A stretch of 64,000 bases of DNA from positions 3,720,001 through 3,784,000 of the forward strand of contig OZ361258.1 in the NCBI GenBank assembly GCA_977018835.1, written 5' to 3'. This DNA is from Minutocellus sp. GHC0000111. Taxonomy: Eukaryota. Both the position numbers and the translations under genes were made by a program. This document shows positions 50,023 through 60,770 of this stretch, piece by piece; the first letter of the stretch is position 1, and each line of letters starts with the position of its first letter. Under the pieces are notes generated by a model that worked only from the letters and a program-made list of their open reading frames with translations, did no database searches and had not been told where the DNA came from.

Positions 50023-51384
50023 ATGAGACCCCTGATGTTCTCCAGCCACGATCCCACTGCCAACGGCAGCCCAATCAAGGGCAACCATCGCCGTGGGGGA
50101 AGCCGGCAAAAGTGTGTAATAATATCATCTCTCGCACTCATGATAATGGCCTTTGCGTGGCGGGTTGTGAAAGACAGCAATGACGGCGGAGCGGCCATTG
50201 GCATCGTGGAAGGAGGTTCCTCGAGTAAAAGTGCGACCAGCAGCAGTGTCAAAGTCAACAAGCCCAATGTATTTACAGGCAAAGAATATGTTGATTGTGA
50301 ACCATCCAAAGAATCGAGAATAATACAAAGCAGCAGCAGGGCATACAAAACTGGCAAATCACCGTCATTTGTCCAACCCATGACGTACGACCAAGATCCA
50401 GGCGGGGAGGACTACGAGTGGCCGCGCATAGCCTGGGTCATGTCGTTTCCCAACAGTGGCACGTCGTTCACCATGCGCCTCGTGCAGCGTATGTCCAACA
50501 TCACCGGTGCGTCCAATTACGGGATGGAATGCGATACAGACGACAAGGGGTCGAACTATCCCGTCTACAAGCGAAGTCCGGACGGGCCGTTCTTCAGCCA
50601 GCTCAAGAAGAGGAGGATGCCCACGCGGTACATCCCAACCAAGACGCATTGTGGGGGATACACCACAAACAGCGGTCCGGACAAGTACATTCACACCGCA
50701 CGGAGTTTCATGATGCAATGCCTCACCGGCAATCGATTGACCCCGGAGTTTGATGAAGACGGCAATGTTATTAGTGCCCGGGGGAAGGCACTGTATCAGG
50801 TTGAGAAGCATCACACTCACTACGACCCATCACTGGTCCAACGAGCGGTGCATGTTGTTCGAGATCCATTCGATAACATTGTGAGCCGATTTCATCTGGA
50901 GCAGAACGTTCACAAGAAGAAGAACGATGAGGAATGGCTGACGAAATATCCCAGCACGCCGAAAGGGTTTCAGGATTGGTGCCAGGCCATGGACGACAAG
51001 GTTCACGAGGAGGAGAAAGAATCGCGATTCCTCGACGATGCACTGCTAAAAGCGTTCGAGGGTGTTCCTTGCCATTCCGAGTTTTACCGATATACGCAAT
51101 GGCATTCCCTTGCTCTCGCAGCAACCAACAAGATGAAGATCCCGGCCCTCATTTTGCATTACGAGCGCTTCGAGGATGACTTTGATAACATGTACGAAGA
51201 ATTGTTTTCGTTTTTGGAGTTGCCAAGAGACGGTCAGATGACAGAATTCGTAACGGGGAAGAAATATCAGGACTACTTTGACACCACACAGAGGCAAAAT
51301 GCAATGGCACTGGTGGAAGAGCTCTCAGATTCGGAGGTGTGGGAAATTCTTCAGCGGTATGATATTTATTCAAAGAAAGCATAA
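50023..51384 (+). CDS. Membrane-anchored sulfotransferase-domain protein
   Basis: N-terminal TM segment, WVMSFPNSGTSFT (5'-PSB), KTHC, VRDPFDNIVSRF (3'-PB), LHYE. Confidence 0.8.
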   Translation: MRPLMFSSHDPTANGSPIKGNHRRGGSRQKCVIISSLALMIMAFAWRVVKDSNDGGAAIGIVEGGSSSKSATSSSVKVNKPNVFTGKEYVDCEPSKESRIIQSSSRAYKTGKSPSFVQPMTYDQDPGGEDYEWPRIAWVMSFPNSGTSFTMRLVQRMSNITGASNYGMECDTDDKGSNYPVYKRSPDGPFFSQLKKRRMPTRYIPTKTHCGGYTTNSGPDKYIHTARSFMMQCLTGNRLTPEFDEDGNVISARGKALYQVEKHHTHYDPSLVQRAVHVVRDPFDNIVSRFHLEQNVHKKKNDEEWLTKYPSTPKGFQDWCQAMDDKVHEEEKESRFLDDALLKAFEGVPCHSEFYRYTQWHSLALAATNKMKIPALILHYERFEDDFDNMYEELFSFLELPRDGQMTEFVTGKKYQDYFDTTQRQNAMALVEELSDSEVWEILQRYDIYSKKA

Positions 51385-52089
51385 CGTAGACTTCTGGAGT
51401 ACTGCGCATAGATCTACCACTGTAGATACTGGTACGAAGGACGCGCAAGCATCTGCTGCTGATGAACATTGAATTGCTTGAAGCGCCAATTTCGATTTCG
51501 ATTTCGATTCCATTCAAACCAGTTTCAATTGTCCACTACAGATTTTTGGAAACCACTAAACACATCCGGGGCACCCCCATAAACAGTTGAGGGCAAATGT
51601 GCGTGTGTCCGTGAAAAATTATCTCGAGGATTGTTTGAGGAACAAACAAAAAGAAGCACACACTGCGCCGTGGACTTTCACTCTGCCTGGAGGCAATCGT
51701 ATCATCTGCATCTGCGCTCTGTGTGCTGTGGGATTCGATTCGCCCACCAAATCTCAAAGGAGGACTACCTAGCTCCTAGCTACCGTATCTCGTGTCGTAA
51801 CGGCCCTTGCCGAAAAGGTGCGTCACGTGTTCAACGAACAAACGACGAACGAAGCACAAACTGATTCCATCCCGAATCAATCTCCCTCCAGCTCTGCCCC
51901 TCATCCTCCCGCCTCACCAATCAAGCTGGGCCTCTGATCAAAAAGTGAATGCATCTTACTGCTGTATAGTCATTGGGTGGGTAGTAAATAACCAATCCTC
52001 TCAGCGTTTCTTGCTAAATTTCTCGGCCATCTCCAACACTTTCAAGCCAAACCACGTTCATTCACATCACCAAACTACGAGTAGAAATA

Positions 52090-52608
52090 ATGTTCACGGA
52101 CTTTGCCTCGCCCAAGAAGCCACGACGCCCTCCCAACGGATACAACCTCTTCCTTCGGCACCACGGCAGCAAAGCCAAGGAGCGTGATCGGGTATGGGGG
52201 GCGTACAGCAAGGCCAGAAACAGCAACATGAAGGTCAATAAGCTCGCCCGGATAGCCAAAACAGGTGAAATCGCCAGCCTCTGGGGAGGGGACGCCGAGA
52301 TGCGAGAGCGATTCGAGAGAGAGGCCAAGGAGCTGCAAGAGCTTTATCGGGCTCAGATCGAGACCTGGAGGGCAGCCGATCGGTTCATTCCTTACAGGAA
52401 CTACCTCATGAGCAGCCAGAACGAGGAGGATCTGCCCGCCGGCGCCACCACATCTCCCGCCACCAAGGCGTCGATGGCAACAGCCGCTGCGGCCCGGGCC
52501 AGTGCAGCTGCTGCAATTCCGATGGTAGTACCGCCCCGACCTTCTGATGGCATACCAACGGTAGGCGTGCGTAGACTAGCAACGGAGATAATCTTTATGC
52601 TGCAGTAA
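52090..52608 (+). CDS. HMG-box protein
   Basis: KPRRPPNGYNLF..IASLW..RERFEREA..Y. Confidence 0.75.
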   Translation: MFTDFASPKKPRRPPNGYNLFLRHHGSKAKERDRVWGAYSKARNSNMKVNKLARIAKTGEIASLWGGDAEMRERFEREAKELQELYRAQIETWRAADRFIPYRNYLMSSQNEEDLPAGATTSPATKASMATAAAARASAAAAIPMVVPPRPSDGIPTVGVRRLATEIIFMLQ

Positions 52609-52681
52609 TTACAAGTACGTGTAGTCGTGAAAGAGTTCGGGGCCATCGAGCTTTTTGTATGTAGGAAGTGTCATGATAACA

Positions 52682-52701
52682 ACACACACACACACACACA
52701 C
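52682..52701. repeat. (AC)n microsatellite
   Basis: Directly visible. Confidence 0.9.
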
Positions 52702-53208
52702 TCATATATAATATCATCTTACAGATTTAACATTGAAGTTTAGGTGAATTCAAAACATTTTATGCATGTGCGTGTGGGTCCTCTGCCACGAATATCTCTT
52801 GCGCCGATGTGGGATTTGCTCGAGGCACAGCGAACAGCGAACGCCAGCAAGTGGCTTCGTTAGCTTTCAGTTATTGATATTTTCGTACATGTACCTAGGT
52901 ACATGTAGATATTGCAAGCAGACCAAGTACTCGTTGTAAACAGATAGAGAGGCTTTCACTGACTGTAACAACAAATAGTAATTCCTTCAGGTCATGTCTC
53001 TAGTCATGTGTTGGAATATATAATATGTTTGTTGATCGGTGCGTCTATGTTTATTGGAAAAGTGTTTGGATAGGTAAAAGATATTGTTTTCTTTCGCTCG
53101 ATTGGTAAGCATGAAAGTAAACAAGAGGAAAAAGGTTTCGGTTTGAATGATTCCACTCTCGAATGCAGTACATTTGCATCGCCTGGAACCTCGTTATGGG
53201 TTGGCTCT

Positions 53209-54663
53209 TTACATGGCCGGGAACTCCTTCACCATGTCCACGATGAAGTCGTCGGAGACCTTCTGCAGGTGCTGCAGAACCTCGACGGTGCCCTCGACGA
53301 GGTCGGCCTCGTGGTACTTGACGCCCCACTCCTTGCAGAAGGACTCGACGAGCTTGTGGCACTTGGCAAGGTTGTGGCGGGGCATCATGGGGAAGAGGTG
53401 ATGATCGACCTGGTACTGGAGGCCGCCGCAGAGCCAGTCGACGAAGAACTGGGGGAAGCCGTGGCCTCCGGTGATGTTGCGGGTGGTGGTAACCTGGAGC
53501 TTCCAGAAGTCCGGCCGGGTGGTGGCGTCGTAGGTGGCCATGCCGTTGTGGCCGAGGCCGAAGACGAGGGCCAGGAAGAGGCCGCAGGAGCAGGTGGCGG
53601 TGAGGAAGTAGGCGAGGGAGTAGGCGACGGAGAACCGTCCAAAGCCGGAGGAGAGGGCAACGACCCAGGCCCAGTGCATGGCGACGCCGGCCCGCTCGAG
53701 GAGGGGGTACTGGAGACCCTTGCGCTGCATCTCGAGCTTGGCGTTCTCCGAGGAGGCGCCGAGGCCGTAGGCGGTTTTGAAGGACTCGTTGAGCCAGGAG
53801 AGACGGGCGAGGAGGAGGATGGGGAAGTAGGTGAAGGCCTGCCACCTGATCATGAACTTGACGAAGGGGCTGTCCTTGCCGTCGGCGCGGAGCTCGCGGA
53901 AGGACTGGGCCTGCTTGAGACTCCAGGCGAGGAGGGGCATGGTGTCGATGTCGGGATCTCCGTCCTGGGAGACGGCCGACGAGTTGTGGAGGTTGGGCAC
54001 GGCGTGGTGGCCGTTGTGCTTGTTCTTCCACCACTGCATGCTGTATCCCTGCATGAGGTCGCCCCAGAAGATACCGACGAGGTCTCCGTACTTGCGCTGC
54101 TTGAAGACCTGGTGGTGGAGGAAGTCGTGGGCGAGCCAGCCGCACTGCTGCCAGAAGAGGCCGAGGAGGAGGGCGCTGCCGACGTGCATGGCGAGGGAGT
54201 CCGAGAAGTAGACCATGGCGACGGCCCTGGCCCACATGGCCATGTTGAAGGAGCACTTGTAGGCGTAGTAGAGCTTGGAGCTCTTGAACATGCCCATCAT
54301 GACGAGCTTGGCCCGGAGGTCGCGGTATCCCTTCTCGAAGTCGAGCTGGCGCTGGTCCTTGTGGGTGACGGACTCCGGGATGAGGTCGCCGATGTAGAAC
54401 TTCTTCATCATGGCCTGGCTGCCCTGCGCGTGGAAGGCGGCGAAGATGTCCGTCATGTCGTCGCCGGCGTGGGCGAAGACGACGGCGCCGCCGGGATGCT
54501 CGTGCCAGTTGGACACGTCGTACACCTTGTTCTGGTAGACGACCCAGGCATCCTCGGGGGTAATGTGCTTCTTGACCTCGGCCCACGTGTACTTCTGAAC
54601 CTCCTTCGAGGAGGCCGAGGCCGAAACCTTGCGACCGATCTTTGCGTCACCACCCTTGCCCAT
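53209..54663 (-). CDS. Front-end delta-6 fatty acid desaturase with cytochrome b5 domain
   Basis: MGKGGD start, HPGG, HDFLHH, HNGHH, GDPDIDTMP, QVDHHLFP; strong GC3 bias. Confidence 0.95.
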   Translation of the reverse strand: MGKGGDAKIGRKVSASASSKEVQKYTWAEVKKHITPEDAWVVYQNKVYDVSNWHEHPGGAVVFAHAGDDMTDIFAAFHAQGSQAMMKKFYIGDLIPESVTHKDQRQLDFEKGYRDLRAKLVMMGMFKSSKLYYAYKCSFNMAMWARAVAMVYFSDSLAMHVGSALLLGLFWQQCGWLAHDFLHHQVFKQRKYGDLVGIFWGDLMQGYSMQWWKNKHNGHHAVPNLHNSSAVSQDGDPDIDTMPLLAWSLKQAQSFRELRADGKDSPFVKFMIRWQAFTYFPILLLARLSWLNESFKTAYGLGASSENAKLEMQRKGLQYPLLERAGVAMHWAWVVALSSGFGRFSVAYSLAYFLTATCSCGLFLALVFGLGHNGMATYDATTRPDFWKLQVTTTRNITGGHGFPQFFVDWLCGGLQYQVDHHLFPMMPRHNLAKCHKLVESFCKEWGVKYHEADLVEGTVEVLQHLQKVSDDFIVDMVKEFPAM

Positions 54664-55058
54664 TGTAGAGAGATATGGTAGTATCTGGTTACTTACAAGT
54701 AAGAGGAAGAGTGCGTAAGACGCAAACAATAAAGTCCAACCAGTCTATCCAGAACTGATCAGCTTGAAAAGTGAGACGAAGGCATGGAGTCGTTGAGATA
54801 CGCCGCTACCCACCCACCCATCACGCGACCTTCGCGGCCATGCAAAGACATGACGTGGCCGCGAACAACTCGTGCCGACGCAGATGCCGACGAAGAAGGC
54901 AGTCAGCACTCTCATAACCCTAACCCTTGAAGAAGCAGCACAAAATAAAAGCTTGGTTGCCGTCTTGCCTTCGTCGGTTTTAATTCGAACGAGTCGAGTC
55001 CAGCACATGTGCTCGATCTTCTCTTGCCAACCACTCCAAAAAGATACCACCACCCACC

Positions 55059-57428
55059 ATGACGACGACGTTTGGAAATAGTAGTAACGGCGGCGGCGAT
55101 GACAAAGGTGGCGGAGGAGGAGGTGGCATGTCCAGGGCGGCCAAGAAGCGCCTAAAGAAGAAGCAAAAGGCACACGCCCAGGCCCAGGCCCAAGAACAGC
55201 AGCAACAACAACTGCAGGAAAAGAGCAAAAGCAAGAAGGAGAAGAAGCGCAAGAGCAGTGCAGATGGCGATGACGCCGATGGCGAGGCAAAGAAGATGAA
55301 GAAGAAGTCCAGGAAGGCCGATGAGAGGAGCAACAGCAAAAAGATGCAGCTGTTGGAGAGCGACGACGAGGACGATGGTGATCAGCCCTCGGACATGGAG
55401 CATGACGAGGAGGAGGATATGCGAATCGCCGAAGTATCCAAGGGAGAGCTGGACTATCTTGAATCGCAGGGCGTCAAGGTGACCAAGAAGAAGAAGAATA
55501 AAAAGAAGAAGAAAAGCAAGAAGGCCCATGACAGCGATGACGATAACGACTCCTCTGATCGAGATGACGACGACGATGCGGTGGATACAACGGAGGAAGA
55601 GAGAGAGGAGAAGGAAATTCTGGTCTCGCTGGCGCAGAATCTGACCCCATCCCAGATACTCTTCCCCGGTGGCGGTGACGATGCTGGTGACGACGAGGAG
55701 GATGATCCCGAAGATGATGGTGCCATGATGGACCCGTGTCGTATCCTCCAGGATCTCACCTCCACGAGCAGGGCCAGGATCTTGTTCGAATCCCTCCTCG
55801 CCCCCTCGGGTATAAGCGCCGATGAGTTTTATCAAAACTACTGGGAGAAGAAGCCCCTCCTTGTTGCCAAGCCCAAGGTATCGTTTGCCACAGATAGTGG
55901 TAGTGGAAGTGGTAAAGCCGGCGCATCTCACGATCACAAGACCAGACTCGATAGCATTTTGTCCAAGAAGGACATTGAGACGATGATGGCCAAATGCTCT
56001 CTTCGGTACGGACGCGAGCTGAATGTTACGCGCTACGCCGATGCCGGTGACGGGTCCAAAACCAAGCGCCGCATCACGCTGGATTTGCCGCCGAAGCGCG
56101 TCAAGAAGAAGTCTGGCAAGAGCAGTAGCAATGGGCAGGAGGAGGATGTCCAGCCCGTTGTGGCCGATCCCAAGGACGTCTGGGCGAACTTTGCCAGTGG
56201 CTGTACCGTCCGTCTCCTTTGTCCGCATCTTCATTCCGATTCCGTCCATTCCCTTTTGTCGACGCTGGAATTGGAGTTTGGTTGCATGGTTGGAAGCAAT
56301 GCATACCTGACCCCTGGTGGCGATTCTCAGGGCTTCGCTCCGCACTATGACGATATCGAGGCCTTTATTCTCCAGCTGGAGGGACGGAAGCGATGGCGAG
56401 TCTACCCTCCCCCCAATATGGCCGAAATGTTGCCGCGATTCAGTTCTCGAGATTACACGGAAGAAGATATGGAGGGGACTGCACCTGTGATTGATACAGT
56501 TCTTGAACCTGGCGACATTCTGTACATGCCGAGAGGATGGATTCACCAGGCCCATACTCCTCCATCGCGAGGCGGCCAAGGAGACGGCGGTCACTCCCTC
56601 CATCTAACGGCCAGTGCCATGCAGCAATGGGCATGGGCGGACCTGTTGGACATCATCATGCCCGAAGCGCTCGAAGCGGCTACCGCAAGTGAGACCTCCA
56701 CCTCACTCCGCGAGGGTCTGCCTCGCAACTTTGTCAACTACATGGGTGCCATGTATGACACAAGCAACGATGATGATGCTCCCGAGGGCTTGAAACAGGC
56801 CGATGCCGCGAAGCGAGATGAAATGGACGAGGATGAATACGAGGAGCTGGTCCGTCAGCGCAAGATGAAGCGCATGCAGGATAAATTCCGTGAGGAGGCC
56901 AACAAACGAATCATGCGTGTTTGCAAGAAGGCTATGGCCATGGTCAATGCCGGATGTGATCAGATCGGCAAGCGTTTCCTATCCGATCGCCAGCCTCCTG
57001 CCCTGACTCCGAACGAGGCCGTGCTGACAAGTGAGCACCGGGAACAGAACGGCGGCAAGATATGGCCCAATACCATGTGCCGTCTAGCCCGGCCGGGCAT
57101 CGCTCGCTTGGTTTTGGAAGATGACAAGGCTGTTCTGTATCACTGCGGTGACAATTCTAGGGTCTACCATGGAACTCCCCTAAGTCCCTTGGAGTTTGAG
57201 GTCGACGATGCCCCAGCCCTGGAGATGCTACTCACCACCACCGAGCCACACTGGATCTGCGTGAAGGACTTGATCCATGGGGACATTGAGGATAAGATGG
57301 AGATTGCACAAAGCTTGTACGATGAGGGCATCTTGGCCATTCTGCAGACTGACCAGCTGAGACTGACAGGCCGGATAGGAGCGTGCAGACGGGATGATAA
57401 GATACGTGGCGGTAATCTAGCTACGTAG
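55059..57428 (+). CDS. RIOX1: JmjC ribosomal oxygenase / lysine demethylase NO66; C-terminus altered by a 14-bp insertion
   Basis: FYQNYWEKKPL, GCTVRLLCP, VGSNAYLTP..SQGFAPHYDDIEAFILQLEGRKRW, LEPGDILYMPRGWIHQA, HSLHLT, LREGLP. Confidence 0.9.
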   Translation: MTTTFGNSSNGGGDDKGGGGGGGMSRAAKKRLKKKQKAHAQAQAQEQQQQQLQEKSKSKKEKKRKSSADGDDADGEAKKMKKKSRKADERSNSKKMQLLESDDEDDGDQPSDMEHDEEEDMRIAEVSKGELDYLESQGVKVTKKKKNKKKKKSKKAHDSDDDNDSSDRDDDDDAVDTTEEEREEKEILVSLAQNLTPSQILFPGGGDDAGDDEEDDPEDDGAMMDPCRILQDLTSTSRARILFESLLAPSGISADEFYQNYWEKKPLLVAKPKVSFATDSGSGSGKAGASHDHKTRLDSILSKKDIETMMAKCSLRYGRELNVTRYADAGDGSKTKRRITLDLPPKRVKKKSGKSSSNGQEEDVQPVVADPKDVWANFASGCTVRLLCPHLHSDSVHSLLSTLELEFGCMVGSNAYLTPGGDSQGFAPHYDDIEAFILQLEGRKRWRVYPPPNMAEMLPRFSSRDYTEEDMEGTAPVIDTVLEPGDILYMPRGWIHQAHTPPSRGGQGDGGHSLHLTASAMQQWAWADLLDIIMPEALEAATASETSTSLREGLPRNFVNYMGAMYDTSNDDDAPEGLKQADAAKRDEMDEDEYEELVRQRKMKRMQDKFREEANKRIMRVCKKAMAMVNAGCDQIGKRFLSDRQPPALTPNEAVLTSEHREQNGGKIWPNTMCRLARPGIARLVLEDDKAVLYHCGDNSRVYHGTPLSPLEFEVDDAPALEMLLTTTEPHWICVKDLIHGDIEDKMEIAQSLYDEGILAILQTDQLRLTGRIGACRRDDKIRGGNLAT

Positions 57429-57564
57429 CTAGCTAGAGAGAAAGTTGAAGATTTGATGAGAAATTTTTACTGCACCTTTCGATCGAATACATGTCTTCTA
57501 GCTACGCTGCAACGTAGCTAGCTACATTTACATGCCGGTAAAAGAAATTGTCGCCTCTCTCATG

Positions 57565-59129
57565 TAGAAACTTCGCCGGCGGCGTAATGCTATCAGTCAG
57601 AGCTGATAGATCTATCGACATACAATTGTACTTGGCTAACTAGCCCTATAACTTAGCTAACGGTCCTCAAAGGATACCGTTGCAACGACACTTCACAAGA
57701 TGAGCCATTCGAGCCGTTGCCACTGACGTATCCACAACACGTACAGCAGACGGACGAAAACCCCGGCTGATTTTCTCTACTCCCCCTAGATCGACTACTG
57801 TTAGATCTAGCCTTGGGATCAGCTTCATTTCATTAAATCAATAGAATCAGATTTCAAAACATGTAAAAGTGTAAAACTGAAGTGCTTCCCGCGCAAGCTG
57901 CTTCCCGAATGTGCTTCCCCAGCGCCCTGAGACTCCAACCTAGTTGGATCTAATCTCACTGTGGGCCCGGACCTCCTTGAGGCTCCGGCACTGGCTGGGT
58001 GCATCCACACCGGCACGTCCAGCTTACCTACGGCACATCCACTTCTCCGCCTGGGCATCCTTCTTGACGCCCGACAGAATCTTGGTCAACATGTCGGCGA
58101 TGTTGAACTTACCGTGGGTAAAACCCACCATCCAAATCTTGGCAGCTGAAGCCTCACGGACGGCATGGTAGCAGATACCCAGGTGCTTCTTGTTGAGCTT
58201 GGCCTCCGGCATCGAAGCTCCATTGGCGACGGACTTGTTGTCGCACCATGCGACGGCCGGCCCATCTAGCGGTGCGCCCATCATGCGCAATTTATAGCGC
58301 AGATCCTTGACGAACTCGAGGCAGGTCCTCATCGCAACAATCTCGGAGCCGAAGGTAGAAGACTCGATGGTAGCCTGACGCTTGGAACACCAGAAGATAG
58401 GAGCTGACTGAACGAAGATCAGGATTCCGGTGTGGCTACGGCGGGTGACGCGGTCACCTGCGTGGTCGGCATCGACCCACGCGTTGATCTCGACGGGCTT
58501 GCCGAGCGGGGCAGGGGCATCGCTCGGCACCTCCTGGCAGCGCTGCTTTCTCGACAACAGGTGCTCACTGGCATCCCTGTGTCCTCTCTTGAGCCTACTC
58601 ATTGACGATCAATGGTCGCTGTATTTACATCCCGCTCGACGACGCACATTATGTGCCACTTTTCGTCGACATCGGCTGATCAGGCACGATGGGCGGCAAG
58701 CATCTTTCTCTCGCCCTCCGGCGAGCCGTGCACTCTGGCAACGGTGATGCAATGCTCGATTTGTGTCCCGCACATCAAATTGCGGCCATGCAGATGCGCC
58801 TCAACATCGGCACATCATCACAAAAAGCAACGGCAATGACAATTCGAAAACGACGAGAACGACAAGACACGCACATCTCATGCTCCGGTAGAGAGACTGT
58901 GGTCTGATGAACCACAGAAACTTCGCCGGCGGCGCAACGCTGTCAGTCAGAGTTGATAGATCTATCGACATGCAATTGCACTTGGCTAACTAGCCCTATA
59001 ACTTAGCTAACGGTCCTCAAAGGATGCCGTTGCAACGACACTTCACAAGATGAACCATTCGAGCCGTTGCCACTGACGTATCCACAATACGTACGGCAGA
59101 CGGACGAAAACCCCGGCTGATTTTCTCTG
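57565..59129 (-). mobile_element. Internally deleted 1.57-kb Ty1/copia element with both LTRs and a TSD
   Basis: 215-bp direct repeats at 57565-57779 and 58915-59129; PPT AGGGGGAG beside the 3' LTR; TGG-starting PBS-like sequence beside the 5' LTR; CTCATG on both flanks (57559-64, 59130-35); RNaseH remnant VDADHAG..SSTFGSE..CDNKS..ADMLTK. Confidence 0.9.
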
Positions 59130-59554
59130 CTCATGTCTGGCTCCTCGCCTCTCGATTTTCCGGGTTACAAGAACACTGCATGCAACTTCGCCGCCATCAT
59201 CGGGCCATGCTTTTATGACGAGTGGTGCCCCGCGCGGGGGGTGGTTGTGGTGGTGAATGTGCGCGGCACCAGGGGGGACCATCTGGTGTTGATGTCTTCT
59301 GTCTTTCGTGTTCTGTAGTACAGGCGTGTACGAGTATCACGATTGTTGCTGTTATCTGTTGCCGGTGAATAGATGCTTACAGATGTCCCGGGCGGCCTCT
59401 GCGAGTACTGATTTGTATTCCACGTTATTGTCGCTGCGCTTGTGCACTTCGTGCTGGTTGCGTTCTTTTTCTTCAATCTATTGCTCGCTGCGCGAGGCGC
59501 TTCGCGCTAATTGATTTGATCCGTGTCTCGTTTCGGGCGCAAGTTGTTGTTGCC

Positions 59555-60202
59555 ATGTCTGATGCGCCCACGTCGGTTCCTGACTTGTCGAGGTTCCGCT
59601 GCTTATCATCCGTGATTCATATTGACGAGGCTATCGACAGTGACTCGTACGTCGGTCGTGAGGTGGCGCGTCGGATTGTGGCCAAGTGTGCGGGTTTCGT
59701 TCGTGAAGAGGCCGACGATGACTTACCTTACGTTGGCGATGTCTTATCTTTTCTTCTCCGTCAATCTTGCTGCGTGAGATTCTTTTCTTGGTTGGAGAGC
59801 ACCTATGTCCCATCGCATCTATCTCTGCCCTTTTCATCGGTATGGAGCTCCCAGCTGGAGTGTCAACGAACGATGAAGACTATGCTTGAGAATTCGGAAC
59901 TTTCGGTTGTTTGTAGGGATCTATTCTTTATACGACAATTACTATGCGAAATATTTTCAATCTTTTTCATGCCGTCGAGGTTTGGTATTGTTGTTGAGCG
60001 TCGGTCTGATGAGATCAATTGGTCAGCTTCTCAGGAGTTAGTATCTTCCACAAAATATCGTCGGTACCTCATGGATCCTTGTCTCATGGATTATGTTCGT
60101 TCCTGTCATTACAAGTCTGATGCATTTGGTCCTCGCATTATGTCTCCCGGCAGCTCTTTCTTGCATTTTTTGTGCCGGTATGATCACCCCTCGCTACGGT
60201 AA
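59555..60202 (+). CDS. Hypothetical protein (same-frame-like continuation to ~60564 possible)
   Basis: ORF from MSDAPTS; no family recognised. Confidence 0.35.
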   Translation: MSDAPTSVPDLSRFRCLSSVIHIDEAIDSDSYVGREVARRIVAKCAGFVREEADDDLPYVGDVLSFLLRQSCCVRFFSWLESTYVPSHLSLPFSSVWSSQLECQRTMKTMLENSELSVVCRDLFFIRQLLCEIFSIFFMPSRFGIVVERRSDEINWSASQELVSSTKYRRYLMDPCLMDYVRSCHYKSDAFGPRIMSPGSSFLHFLCRYDHPSLR

Positions 60203-60770
60203 TTTTGGAGTATCACAGGTCGAATTTATTGTTTGGCAGCATTATTCACTCCCAGCATCGGCATGAAACTTCTGGGTCTCCGGCGCACCAATATCGGATC
60301 ATGCATGATATCTTCGCGAACCGTGACCACAGCGAGACGTTTTCTCGATCCTCACCCATGTTTATTCTTCTCCGTGATTTGTTTCAGAGTGGCGATGAGT
60401 ACAATTGCTCATCTCTTGTCGGTGGCGATGACTATGGTCAGCCTTTGTATTGTGACAAACTTATGGATCACGATTTGGCGATGTTTATGGATCGTGGTGA
60501 TGAAACCTCCGCCGAGTGGGCACAAATCACTCGGCCAAAGAAAGAGAGAGAGGGGGGGAGATAGAGATAGAGGCTACAGTAAAGTGCAACATTAAATCAT
60601 CAAATCTTGTTACCGATTTCTTACTACTAGTAATGTTATTGTTGGAAGGTCTCTAATATATATTCATGCGATCAGTCATACTTTTATTACGCAGACGGGC
60701 AAGCAGCTCAAACAGTACAGTGTTACCAATATAAATATGCATTCATGTTCTCGGACGATGATCCCGAGGA

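Noticed and set aside
53051..54681. 511-aa and 512-aa ORFs overlapping the desaturase
   Set aside because: Shadow frames caused by very high GC3 codon bias; no protein motifs.
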